Shown here: one piece after another, positions 1-7,536 of the stretch | How the letters are laid out: the number at the start of each line of letters is the position of its first letter | How positions within the stretch are numbered: the stretch's first letter is position 1 | Assembly: GCA_039714075.1 (NCBI GenBank) | Contig: JBDLKA010000062.1 | Span: forward strand, 1-20,829 | Length of the DNA stretch: 20,829 nt | Source: Candidatus Krumholzibacteriota bacterium | GTDB lineage: Bacteria > Krumholzibacteriota > Krumholzibacteriia > LZORAL124-64-63 | Direction: 5' to 3' | The notes under the pieces: generated by a model | The model's database searches: none | The model's input: the letters and a program-made list of their open reading frames with translations, nothing else | What the model was told of the DNA's origin: nothing | Program-made: the position numbers and the translations under genes

Positions 1-1175
1 GGTCTCCCGTAACTTCCGTCCACTCCGACCTGATTCTTGTCCGAGGTGTGGCAGTCCGCGCAATCGAACAGGATGGCCCGTTCGATATCAAGCCGTGCCG
101 AGATGTGAGGATCGTGACAGGGAACGCATCCGCCGGGATGCGATGTCCCGCGCCACGTGCTTCCCGATTCACGATAAGGATGACTCAGGAAAATATCGTG
201 GCATTCCCAGCAAAACTCTTCGTCCAGGTTGATGACGATGTCCTGCACGGCCGAGGATCGTGAATGGATCCGCCCCATGCCGTGGCAGGCTTCACAAGTA
301 ACTCCGTCCTGTTCCCAGGTTCCCGTGACGGGATCGTAGCCCGTCGAGTGGCAGACGCCACATTCGGTATCTCCGGGATCCAATTTCGCGATCTGATTTT
401 CCATGAATGGCTTCGAGTGTCCGCTCACCAGGTAATCGGCGTAGATTTCCGCGTGGCATCTGCCGCACATTTCAGCACCGATGTAGTCGTTTTCCACCGT
501 CCAGGACTCCACCTCGAAATCCAGCAGGACCGCGCTCCAGGTCGCGAGGTCTTTTCCGGCATCCGGGGCCATGGGCAGTTCCCGGATGCCCAATAACCGA
601 AGGCCGATGCCGTCATCGTCCGTCACTTCGGCAACGTAAAAGTCAACCTGCTGCCGGACTTCGAAAGTAGGAGTTTGTTCCGGGTCGTGGAATTGGATAT
701 TGATATCGTATCTGGCCCACAGTCCTTCGTATTCACCGAAAAATCCGGTTTCCGGGGTAATCGGAATCCATTCACCCAGAGGCCCCAAGATGTCCATGGC
801 GATGCCGCCAACCGCCGGGACGGAAACTCCGGATACATCCCGGCCCGCTTGTCCGGAAAACATGTTGCGGATGATGGATGTCATTTCGGACTTGTCGAAG
901 GTTGTGTCCTTGGGCAAATTCCAGAGCTCACAGGTTTCGGAAGGCAGGATCATCCGGAAATCGGGATGCAGAAGCTCAGACAAGGAATCTGTCAGTTTGT
1001 TGGTGTAGGCCGACCCGAATTCCTGCACAAGCCGGGAAGGAAGCGTAAATGGAACTTCAGGATCTGCTTCAGGATCAACAGGGTCGTCATTACCGCAGCC
1101 GGGAACAACCAGCAGTGAAGCCATTGTGATGCCGATAATCACCACAGGATGAATCGAGCATATTCGCATTTTCAT
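1..1175 (-). CDS. Lipoprotein multiheme c-type cytochrome (>=6 CxxCH), 3' end beyond window
   Basis: Manual translation from ATG 1175 (purine-rich RBS AGGGGG upstream): MKMRICSIHPVVIIGITMASLLVVPG-CGNDDPVDP (lipobox). The frame is open to position 1. CxxCH motifs: CGRCH 453-467, CGVCH 348-362, CEACH 282-296, CWECH 198-212, CVPCH 114-128, CADCH 48-62. The heme region starts YIGAEMCGRCH, typical of cytochrome c554-like multiheme domains. Absent from the ORF track because there is no stop in the window. Confidence 0.92.
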   Translation of the reverse strand, partial: MKMRICSIHPVVIIGITMASLLVVPGCGNDDPVDPEADPEVPFTLPSRLVQEFGSAYTNKLTDSLSELLHPDFRMILPSETCELWNLPKDTTFDKSEMTSIIRNMFSGQAGRDVSGVSVPAVGGIAMDILGPLGEWIPITPETGFFGEYEGLWARYDINIQFHDPEQTPTFEVRQQVDFYVAEVTDDDGIGLRLLGIRELPMAPDAGKDLATWSAVLLDFEVESWTVENDYIGAEMCGRCHAEIYADYLVSGHSKPFMENQIAKLDPGDTECGVCHSTGYDPVTGTWEQDGVTCEACHGMGRIHSRSSAVQDIVINLDEEFCWECHDIFLSHPYRESGSTWRGTSHPGGCVPCHDPHISARLDIERAILFDCADCHTSDKNQVGVDGSYGR

Positions 1176-1394
1176 TTTCCCACCCCCTGGCAGAGTCATC
1201 AGAATTTCTATATGAACTACGGATGTCGAAGGTCGGCAGTCATCTTTGTGCCCGACTTGTTCCAAGTGTAAAGGGCCTGGTCCATAGCCCATTCTACCAC
1301 GTTTATGGCGTGGGGGGTATTTTTGCTCCTCATGGTTGCGATCAGGTCTTCCAGGATGAAGTCGTGCTTGGGACGGAACACGTCCCGGATGCTA

Positions 1395-1427
1395 TTGAAA
1401 TCGCAGTATGGATGTTATAACATATGT
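1395..1427 (+). promoter_or_regulatory. Putative sigma70 promoter with palindromic operator for the AbrB-Doc operon
   Basis: TTGAAA (1395-1400), 17 bp, TAACAT (1418-1423). The perfect palindrome ATGTTATAACAT (1412-1423) overlaps the -10, and a second palindrome ACATATGT lies at 1420-1427. Confidence 0.55.
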
Positions 1428-1460
1428 AAAACTCGACATGGCGACAAGAAAGGTATGATC

Positions 1461-1685
1461 ATGGTCAAACTCACTATTCGAAGAGTCGGAAATTCCCTGG
1501 GTCTGACCCTTCCCGCCGAGACCGCCAAGGCACTGCGCGTTAAGGAAGGCGATTCTCTGTATCTCACTGAGACCCCCGAAGGGTATCAGTTGGTGGCGCA
1601 CGATCCCGACTTCGAAAAGACCATGAAGGCCGCTGAAGGTTTCATGAAGCGCTACCGGAACGCGCTGCGGGAATTGGCGAAATGA
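1461..1685 (+). CDS. AbrB/MazE/SpoVT-family antitoxin
   Basis: MVKLTIRRVGNSLGLTLPAETAKALRVKEGDSLYL is the AbrB swapped-hairpin signature, and the protein ends RYRNALRELAK. RBS AAGAAAGG lies 7 nt before ATG 1461. The stop overlaps the toxin start (ATGA). Confidence 0.92.
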   Translation: MVKLTIRRVGNSLGLTLPAETAKALRVKEGDSLYLTETPEGYQLVAHDPDFEKTMKAAEGFMKRYRNALRELAK

Positions 1686-2089
1686 TCCAACCCTTCCGGC
1701 TTTCGAAAGTGGCGATTCTGGCCATCCACGGCAGACTCTTGGCTGAGCATGGTGGGGCCTCGGGAATTCGAGACGAGAGTCTTCTGGAGTCGGCCTTGGC
1801 CGCGCCCGTCAACCACTTCGAGTATGACAAGGCCGATGTCTTTGTCTTGGCCGCCACCTATGCCTACGCTCTGACAAGCAACCATCCATTCGTTGACGGG
1901 AACAAGCGAACGGCGTTTGCGGCTGCGGGTATTTTTCTGGAGTTGAACGGCTACCGATTGACGGCTTCGGAGCCCGACGCGGTTCTGGCGGTGATGGCTC
2001 TGTCCAAGGGTGAAATGAACGCGGAAGAATTTTGCAATTGGTTCAGAATATCTTCCGTCGAGTTGGGTGAGATTGATAAAGAGGATTGA
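1682..2089 (+). CDS. doc: Death-on-curing (Doc/Fic-family) toxin
   Basis: HPFVDGNKRTA Fic/Doc motif with the Doc-type Lys, and GIRDESLLESALA motif. Coupled to the upstream antitoxin. Confidence 0.92.
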   Translation: MIQPFRLSKVAILAIHGRLLAEHGGASGIRDESLLESALAAPVNHFEYDKADVFVLAATYAYALTSNHPFVDGNKRTAFAAAGIFLELNGYRLTASEPDAVLAVMALSKGEMNAEEFCNWFRISSVELGEIDKED

Positions 2090-2210
2090 GGTGGGGATTC
2101 CATTTCTTGCCGTTCTTGGAAACAATACACGATTAAGCGTTTCACCCGAAGAGCCAATAGGCCATTCGAGTTATCAAAAAGGCAAGCCAGTTTAGAGCCC
2201 CGCGACCCGT

Positions 2211-2813
2211 CTACCGGTAGATACTCTTGACACCACCCCAGGCGCGTGCCTCCCCCTTCACGGCCGGCTCCCCGATCTGAATGTAGTGCCATACGTTTTC
2301 CACACCCTGGCCGTGCATGACCGCCAGGTTGGGCGGCACGTGGCAGCCGGGACCATGGTCGGCTGCCCAGGCCTGGAAGGTGGCGAAGAAAATCGGCTCG
2401 GTCAGCACGAGGCAGCAGTCGACGATCGATTCGGCGTGGTACACCTCGTGGTAGCCGACAGGTGCCGGGCAGTCGCTGCTGGTGGCGTAATCCCAGGTGC
2501 CGGCGAAGTAGGGGTGCGTCTCCCAGGTCCACGTGTCCATGTCGCCCAGGTCGTTGCCGGTGCCGTATTCGAACACGCCCATGCATTCGATACACGTGCC
2601 GCCCAGGCCGAAGTCCACAGTCCAGATCTCCTCGTCCGGCTCGGTGGGAGCCAGCACCAGGCGCACGGTGCAGGTGGTATCCCAGGTGAAGTCGTTGATG
2701 GTGGTCGGATCGTTGTCCAGGTCGATATCCAGATACAGTTGGTAGGCGGTTGCCGGACCGTTCGACACGGCCAGCAGGACGACCGCCAGGCAGGCGAGCG
2801 ATCGCAATGGCAT
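2211..2813 (-). CDS. Secreted Cys-rich hypothetical protein with C-terminal WGGVKSIYR tail
   Basis: Signal peptide MPLRSLACLAVVLLAVSNGPATA; RBS AAGGGGGAAG; DIDLDND motif; 7 Cys in the mature part; ends AVKGEARAWGGVKSIYR. Confidence 0.85.
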   Translation of the reverse strand: MPLRSLACLAVVLLAVSNGPATAYQLYLDIDLDNDPTTINDFTWDTTCTVRLVLAPTEPDEEIWTVDFGLGGTCIECMGVFEYGTGNDLGDMDTWTWETHPYFAGTWDYATSSDCPAPVGYHEVYHAESIVDCCLVLTEPIFFATFQAWAADHGPGCHVPPNLAVMHGQGVENVWHYIQIGEPAVKGEARAWGGVKSIYR

Positions 2814-3066
2814 GATCTTCCCCCTTTCCGGGGCGTGGGTGGTCCACGTCCGTACCTCAAAGGATAGCGCCGTTGACAGTGTGCGGCCATATGCGGACGC
2901 ATCCGTGCTTCTGCGAGACCGAATTCAGGTCGTTCCGCCGCTATCCCCCTGTATCTGCCGAACAATCCAACCGGGGCTGATCTCCCGGTTTTTCGAGTTC
3001 GTTTTTCCATCCCATTCGCCGAGGCGGAAATTCGGGTTAGGAAAACCAGTTGGATAATTACACTTC

Positions 3067-3549
3067 TCAGTCCAGTGGCGCCAGGAGATCCAGAAGGTTC
3101 TTGTTGATGATCCACGGGCCTTCGTCGGTGTCGAATACAAAAAAGGGATTGCCATGATTGAGGAGATCGGCGATTCGGCGCCGGTCCGGATGCATGTCCC
3201 CGAGGTGGGCGCGCCCCTCCAGCGAGAATCCGGCGATGACGATTTTCGCCGGCTGCCAGCATCGCGGGTCATCGTCCTGCGTTGGCGGCCAATCCCCGTA
3301 GTCGGCGTGCCTCGATTGCAGGCCCGCGATCCGGGACTTCTGGATCAGCGCCACGGCCGCCACGCCATCCTGGGCAAAGGGGACGAACCGTTTTCCGGAG
3401 TTGTTGAGGACGTCGAGCAGGTTCTCCGGTCCAAAGTGGTACTGTGCGTGATCGGCGAGAAAGAAGCGGCCCCGGATCTCCTGCCGGTCGGCCATCAGGG
3501 CCACGATCTCGGTCGATAGACCCTTTTCCATCTGCAAGGCACGGTTCAT
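3067..3549 (-). CDS. Hypothetical protein with two similar beta-rich halves (DUF6812-like)
   Basis: GGAG RBS before ATG 3549 (MNRALQMEK). Internal duplication: IRGRFFL..LLDVLN..RFVPF..LIQK versus LEGRAHL..IADLLN..PFFVF..IINK. The family name is recalled, not searched. Confidence 0.7.
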   Translation of the reverse strand: MNRALQMEKGLSTEIVALMADRQEIRGRFFLADHAQYHFGPENLLDVLNNSGKRFVPFAQDGVAAVALIQKSRIAGLQSRHADYGDWPPTQDDDPRCWQPAKIVIAGFSLEGRAHLGDMHPDRRRIADLLNHGNPFFVFDTDEGPWIINKNLLDLLAPLD

Positions 3550-3711
3550 GGGTACTGCTCCGGAAGCGGCCGGTTTCGGGAAAATGATCTCCCGGGACGG
3601 CCATGGGAGTGATGCCGGACATGTTTCATTTTCGGCCCAAATCACTCCTGACTTAGTTGAAAAGTTGAAGGCTGTAGCCGTATAGCCAAGGCTTTGGCAA
3701 TGACTTTAAAT

Positions 3712-3741
3712 TTGACATTGAACATTCACTTGTGTCACAAT
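3712..3741 (+). promoter_or_regulatory. Putative sigma70 promoter for the first LVIVD gene
   Basis: TTGACA (3712-3717), 18 bp, TGtCACAAT extended -10 (3733-3741), within an AT-rich divergent intergenic region. Confidence 0.4.
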
Positions 3742-3853
3742 AGTTGAACTGCAACTTCAATTGGAACAATGATTGAGGATTGTATGGTAGACCTGCAGAT
3801 CGACTGAATAGATGCAAAACTTTTTGGACAAAACCACAAAAGGACCCACCCTC

Positions 3854-6268
3854 ATGAAATCAATGCGTGGCCGGATATCGAGGCAGAGAAGTTCACGGCG
3901 TTCAAACAGTATTTTCCACCATTTCAATAAATTTCGATTGGTAATCCGGGGTGCGGTTGTAGTTGCATCCCTGCTCGTGTGTTTGTGCTCTTTTGGGTCA
4001 GCCGGCGCGCAGTGCATCGACTATGAAAGCTATCTGCATTGGGCCGGAGGCATCGATACGCCGGGTTATGCCAATGACGTGGCGATCTCCGGCATCTACG
4101 CCTGCGTAGCGGATTGGTATTCCGGTCTCCACGTATTCATGATGGTGGATCCCGAGAATCCCCAGCTTATGGGCACCGTGGATACGCCCGGCAGCGCCAA
4201 CGGCGTTGCCACTACGGTCATCTTGGGCAATACTTTTGCCTTCGTTGCGGACGATGGGGCCGGGCTGCGGACGATAGACATCACCAATCCTTCAAATCCC
4301 CGGGCCGTGGGTAACGTGGACACGCCGGGTAGGGCCTACGATGTGGCCCTTTCCGGCAACTATGCCGTTCTGGCGGACGGAAATTCTGGTCTCCACGTGA
4401 TCGATATTTCCATTCCTGCGAGCCCCCAGCTCGTGGGAAGCGAGAGCACTCCGGGTAGCGCCAGGGGCGTGGCCGTCTCAGGCAACTACGCCTACGTTGC
4501 GGACGATCATTACGGGCTCCAGGTCATCGACATCACCAATCCCTTTAACCCCCAGTTGGTAGGTGGCGTGGATACGCCGGGCCGTGCCGAGGGTGTGACC
4601 GTTTCGGGCAGCTACGCCTATGTTGCCGACTCCGGCATTGATGGTATTGACTTGAGTTCCGATCTCCAGGTGGTCGACATTTCGAATCCCGCGAGTCCGC
4701 AGCTTGTGGGTAGTGTGGCCACTGGATGCTTATATGCCAACGGTGTGGATGTTTTTGGCGGCTTCGCCTACCTGACCACCTCTGTCTATGGTATAGACGA
4801 CAGCTTCGGCCTTAACGTGATTGACATCTCGAATCCGGCGACTCCCGAGATTACCGATAAAATAGATTTGTTTAGTGGCGCCAATGGGGTAGCCATTTAT
4901 TACGGCAGCTACGCCCTCGTTGCGGATAGTAATTCCGGCCTCCAGGTGATCGACATTACCAATCCTGAGAGTTCCCAGATAACGGGCAGTGTGGATACGC
5001 CGGGTTCATGTATCAGCGTAGCCGTCTCAGGCGGACACGCCTATGTGGCGGACAATAATTCCGGTCTGCAGGTCGTCGATGTTTCCAATCCTGCGAGTCC
5101 TCAGATCGTAGGCGGCCTGGGGACTCCGGTTAGTACCGTTGATGTGGCCACATCCGGCGGCTACGCCTACCTTCCGACGGGAAGTTCCGGTTTCCTGGTG
5201 ATCGATATTGCCAATCCGGTGAGTCCTCAGATTGTGGGCACCGTGAACCTGTCGGGTCTCCACAGTGTGGCTATCTCAGGCAACAACGCCTACGTTCTGG
5301 GCAGCAGTTCCGGTCTCCATGTAATCGATATTTCAAATCCCGCGGACCCCCAGTTTGTGGTGACCGGGGACACACCGGGCGGCAACGTGGACGTGGCAAT
5401 CTCAGGCAGTTACGCCTACGTAATCGGCTACGCCAGTTTCCAGGTGATCGATATTTCAAACCCTGCCAGTCCCCTGCTTCTTGGCAGTACGGCAATCGCG
5501 GGCAAAGCCCGGGGGGTTGCCGCCTCGGGCGATTACGCCTACGTGGCTGAATCCGATTGGCATATTTACTACAGTTCCAGTGTCCAGGTGATCGATATCT
5601 CGAATCCTGCGAGTCCCCAATTGGTGGGTAGCTTGAACACGCCGGGACATGCCTCCGATGTGGTCGTCTCGGGCAGATACGCCTACGTCGCCGACGATAA
5701 TTCCGGTGTCCAGATCTTCGATCTTGCAATTCCTGCGAATCCTGTGCCGGTGGGGAACACCGACACTCCGGGCTCGGCCCTGGGTCTGGCCGTTACCGGC
5801 GGTTTCGTCTACACCGCGGACGCCGCTTCCGGTCTTCAAATACTGCCGGCGCAATGCCAGGATTGCAACGACAACGGCATCGATGATCAAATCGAGATTG
5901 CAGCCCACCCAAGCCTGGATTTCAACAACGACGGCATTCTGGATTCTTGCCAGCCAGGTACTTCGGATATTCCATCTGTTGAAACCAGCCGGAACGCGTT
6001 ACATGATGCTCGTCCCAACCCCTTCAATCCGATCACCACGATTGTGTATGAAGTCTCCGGCGGCACGCATGTTCGCTTGGCGGTTTATGACCTGGCCGGT
6101 CGTTTGGTGAAGGTATTGGCGGATGAAAGGGCGGTCTCGTCGGGCCCCCGGGAGGCGATGTGGAACGGCCGGGATACCGGTGGCCGGGTCGTATCCGCCG
6201 GGGTCTACTTCTACCGCATGGAAGCGGGGGAGTATTCCGAGACGAAGAGGATGACTTTGGTTAAATAG
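3854..6268 (+). CDS. Secreted LVIVD-repeat beta-propeller protein with DCNxNG Ca-binding-like linker and C-terminal FlgD-Ig/T9SS-like domain
   Basis: AAGGA RBS before ATG 3854 (3812 is an alternative start). Signal peptide ends SAGA-Q. 14 repeats of about 42 aa (G.vDTPG.A..VavsG.YAYVAD..sGLqViDIsnP.sP.lv). Linker DCNDNGIDD..DFNNDGILDSC. C-terminus PNPFNP..IVYEV..VRLAVYDLAGRLV..WNGRD..GVYFYRM..KRMTLVK. Confidence 0.92.
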   Translation: MKSMRGRISRQRSSRRSNSIFHHFNKFRLVIRGAVVVASLLVCLCSFGSAGAQCIDYESYLHWAGGIDTPGYANDVAISGIYACVADWYSGLHVFMMVDPENPQLMGTVDTPGSANGVATTVILGNTFAFVADDGAGLRTIDITNPSNPRAVGNVDTPGRAYDVALSGNYAVLADGNSGLHVIDISIPASPQLVGSESTPGSARGVAVSGNYAYVADDHYGLQVIDITNPFNPQLVGGVDTPGRAEGVTVSGSYAYVADSGIDGIDLSSDLQVVDISNPASPQLVGSVATGCLYANGVDVFGGFAYLTTSVYGIDDSFGLNVIDISNPATPEITDKIDLFSGANGVAIYYGSYALVADSNSGLQVIDITNPESSQITGSVDTPGSCISVAVSGGHAYVADNNSGLQVVDVSNPASPQIVGGLGTPVSTVDVATSGGYAYLPTGSSGFLVIDIANPVSPQIVGTVNLSGLHSVAISGNNAYVLGSSSGLHVIDISNPADPQFVVTGDTPGGNVDVAISGSYAYVIGYASFQVIDISNPASPLLLGSTAIAGKARGVAASGDYAYVAESDWHIYYSSSVQVIDISNPASPQLVGSLNTPGHASDVVVSGRYAYVADDNSGVQIFDLAIPANPVPVGNTDTPGSALGLAVTGGFVYTADAASGLQILPAQCQDCNDNGIDDQIEIAAHPSLDFNNDGILDSCQPGTSDIPSVETSRNALHDARPNPFNPITTIVYEVSGGTHVRLAVYDLAGRLVKVLADERAVSSGPREAMWNGRDTGGRVVSAGVYFYRMEAGEYSETKRMTLVK
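4046..5857 (+). repeat. Intragenic array of 14 LVIVD-type repeats (about 126 bp unit)
   Basis: Recurrent DNA cores GTGGATACGCCGGG, TACGCCTACGT and CAGGTGATCGATAT; the repeats were counted in the translation. Confidence 0.9.
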
Positions 6269-6294
6269 GCCAATCCGGGGCTGTAGCGGGAGGG

Positions 6295-6849
6295 TTGTGC
6301 CCGCCCGACGCGGGGGCCTTGCTTGATGGGATTGCCTGGGCTCAAATGACGTTGGTTCCCATTGAGGGCACCCAAACCGGCCAGCCCATCTATCCGGGTG
6401 AACAATGGATGGATGACGACGGCGTTCTCCACATCCGAGGCAAGGTTCATGCTTCGTTTGCCCAGGGGCAGGACATCTATGGCGTTCCGTGGACTGCCGC
6501 CGGTATCGTGGAGAACAACGTCAACATGAATCCCGCCATGGGCACCGGTGATATGAGTGGTTTCATGTATAGGGATTATACCTACGGAGATCTCGAGGGA
6601 TCCTTTTCCGGGAAAATAACAGCAACGTCCACGGCTTTCCGGTGGATCGGTGAGGCCAATTTACCCCATGGAACCGGCGATTTTGCCGGCGGGAAGATTA
6701 CCGGGGTGACTTTTTCACGTGGCTGGGCGGAGCAGGTAACCCAAATGGAGGGCTTTTTCCACATCCCACCGGAAAGGGGAGGCGGGGGCGACAAGTCGGC
6801 CCTCGAGGAGTCCAGTACGTGGGGCTCGGTTAAGGCATTGTTCCGGTAA
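6295..6849 (+). CDS. Beta-rich hypothetical protein with C-terminal WGSVKALFR tail; 5' end uncertain or truncated
   Basis: Coherent beta-strand-rich body ending ALEESSTWGSVKALFR. Only a weak TTG start. There is an AWA-Q cleavage-like site but no proper n/h-region, and an in-frame stop at 6262 limits extension upstream. Confidence 0.7.
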   Translation: MCPPDAGALLDGIAWAQMTLVPIEGTQTGQPIYPGEQWMDDDGVLHIRGKVHASFAQGQDIYGVPWTAAGIVENNVNMNPAMGTGDMSGFMYRDYTYGDLEGSFSGKITATSTAFRWIGEANLPHGTGDFAGGKITGVTFSRGWAEQVTQMEGFFHIPPERGGGGDKSALEESSTWGSVKALFR

Positions 6850-6854
6850 GTCCG

Positions 6855-7277
6855 TCAGTTCATGTTCCGGGCAATCAACGGCACCACGATCGCGATGGCG
6901 GCCAGCACCGCCAGCACCAGCGTGAACAACGTGTAGCGGGCTTGATAGGTGCCGAGCAGGTCGTCGTCGTAATACTTGGCGACCTCGTTGTCCTCATACA
7001 TCTGCTTCAGGCCCAGGAGCAGCTTCTCGCGCGATGACCGGCCGGCCATCAAAGCCCGGGTTGCGAAGATGTTGATCAGTACGGTCCCGAAGATGAGCAG
7101 CCCCAGGATGAAGTCGTTCTGGCCAGTGTTGTGGCCGCGCGCCGCCTGGTTCGCCACGCCCCAGTTGATGCCCAGGACCACGAGATTGAACAGGACCGCC
7201 GCCACCACGAACACGGTGTCGGTCTTGGCGTTCTGCTGCAGCTCGTTCACCATGTGGCCGTGAATTTCCTTGAGCAT
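6855..7277 (-). CDS. Small membrane protein, 3 predicted TM helices
   Basis: AGGGGG RBS is best spaced to ATG 7277. Hydrophobic segments VFVVAAVLFNLVVLGINW, FILGLLIFGTVLINIFA and LFTLVLAVLAAIAIVVPLI. High-GC3 codon usage. Confidence 0.8.
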   Translation of the reverse strand: MLKEIHGHMVNELQQNAKTDTVFVVAAVLFNLVVLGINWGVANQAARGHNTGQNDFILGLLIFGTVLINIFATRALMAGRSSREKLLLGLKQMYEDNEVAKYYDDDLLGTYQARYTLFTLVLAVLAAIAIVVPLIARNMN

Positions 7278-7423
7278 GATCATTCCCCCTTGGTTAACGG
7301 AAAAAACCCGCCATGCCTGACAGGATATCCCAACTCGGGGGCGTTGTCAGATAATTCGTAAGGCCTGGTCAGGGCAAACGGTCTTGCCGCTGAGTCCGGA
7401 AGTAGATGCCATACCTTTTGTCT

Positions 7424-7453
7424 TTGAAACCCGACCTGCAAGTATGCTATGAT
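7424..7453 (+). promoter_or_regulatory. Putative sigma70 promoter for the second LVIVD gene
   Basis: TTGAAA (7424-7429), 18 bp, TGcTATGAT extended -10 (7445-7453). Confidence 0.4.
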
Positions 7454-7536
7454 GTTTTATAGAAATCAGTTAAGGACAATCGATACCATTTTCACAATTC
7501 ATGGAACTTCTCGCCCAATCCTATTGGAGAAGAATT

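Noticed and set aside
48..1118. Several short ORFs listed in the track
   Set aside because: They overlap the minus-strand multiheme cytochrome frame, which explains the region.
1217..1414. Minus-strand open frame (..SIRDVFRPKHDFILEDLIA..) faintly like integrase/transposase N-termini
   Set aside because: No good start or RBS, under 70 codons, and the similarity is too weak to call a remnant.
2820..3066. Intergenic hairpins (e.g. AACCGGG/CCCGGTT) as a possible ncRNA
   Set aside because: Short stems are expected at this GC content; no recognisable tRNA or ncRNA consensus. They may be a simple terminator.
4046..5857. Repeats considered as a CRISPR array or DGR template/variable pair
   Set aside because: The units are degenerate, in-frame protein repeats. 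There are no identical repeats with unique spacers, no evident adenine-specific mismatch pair, and no cas or reverse transcriptase gene in the window.
7368..7410. GGCAAAC resembling the start of a c-di-GMP-I riboswitch
   Set aside because: The GNRA-capped stem and downstream GACGCAAAGC elements are missing; only a short GGCAA/TTGCC hairpin is present.
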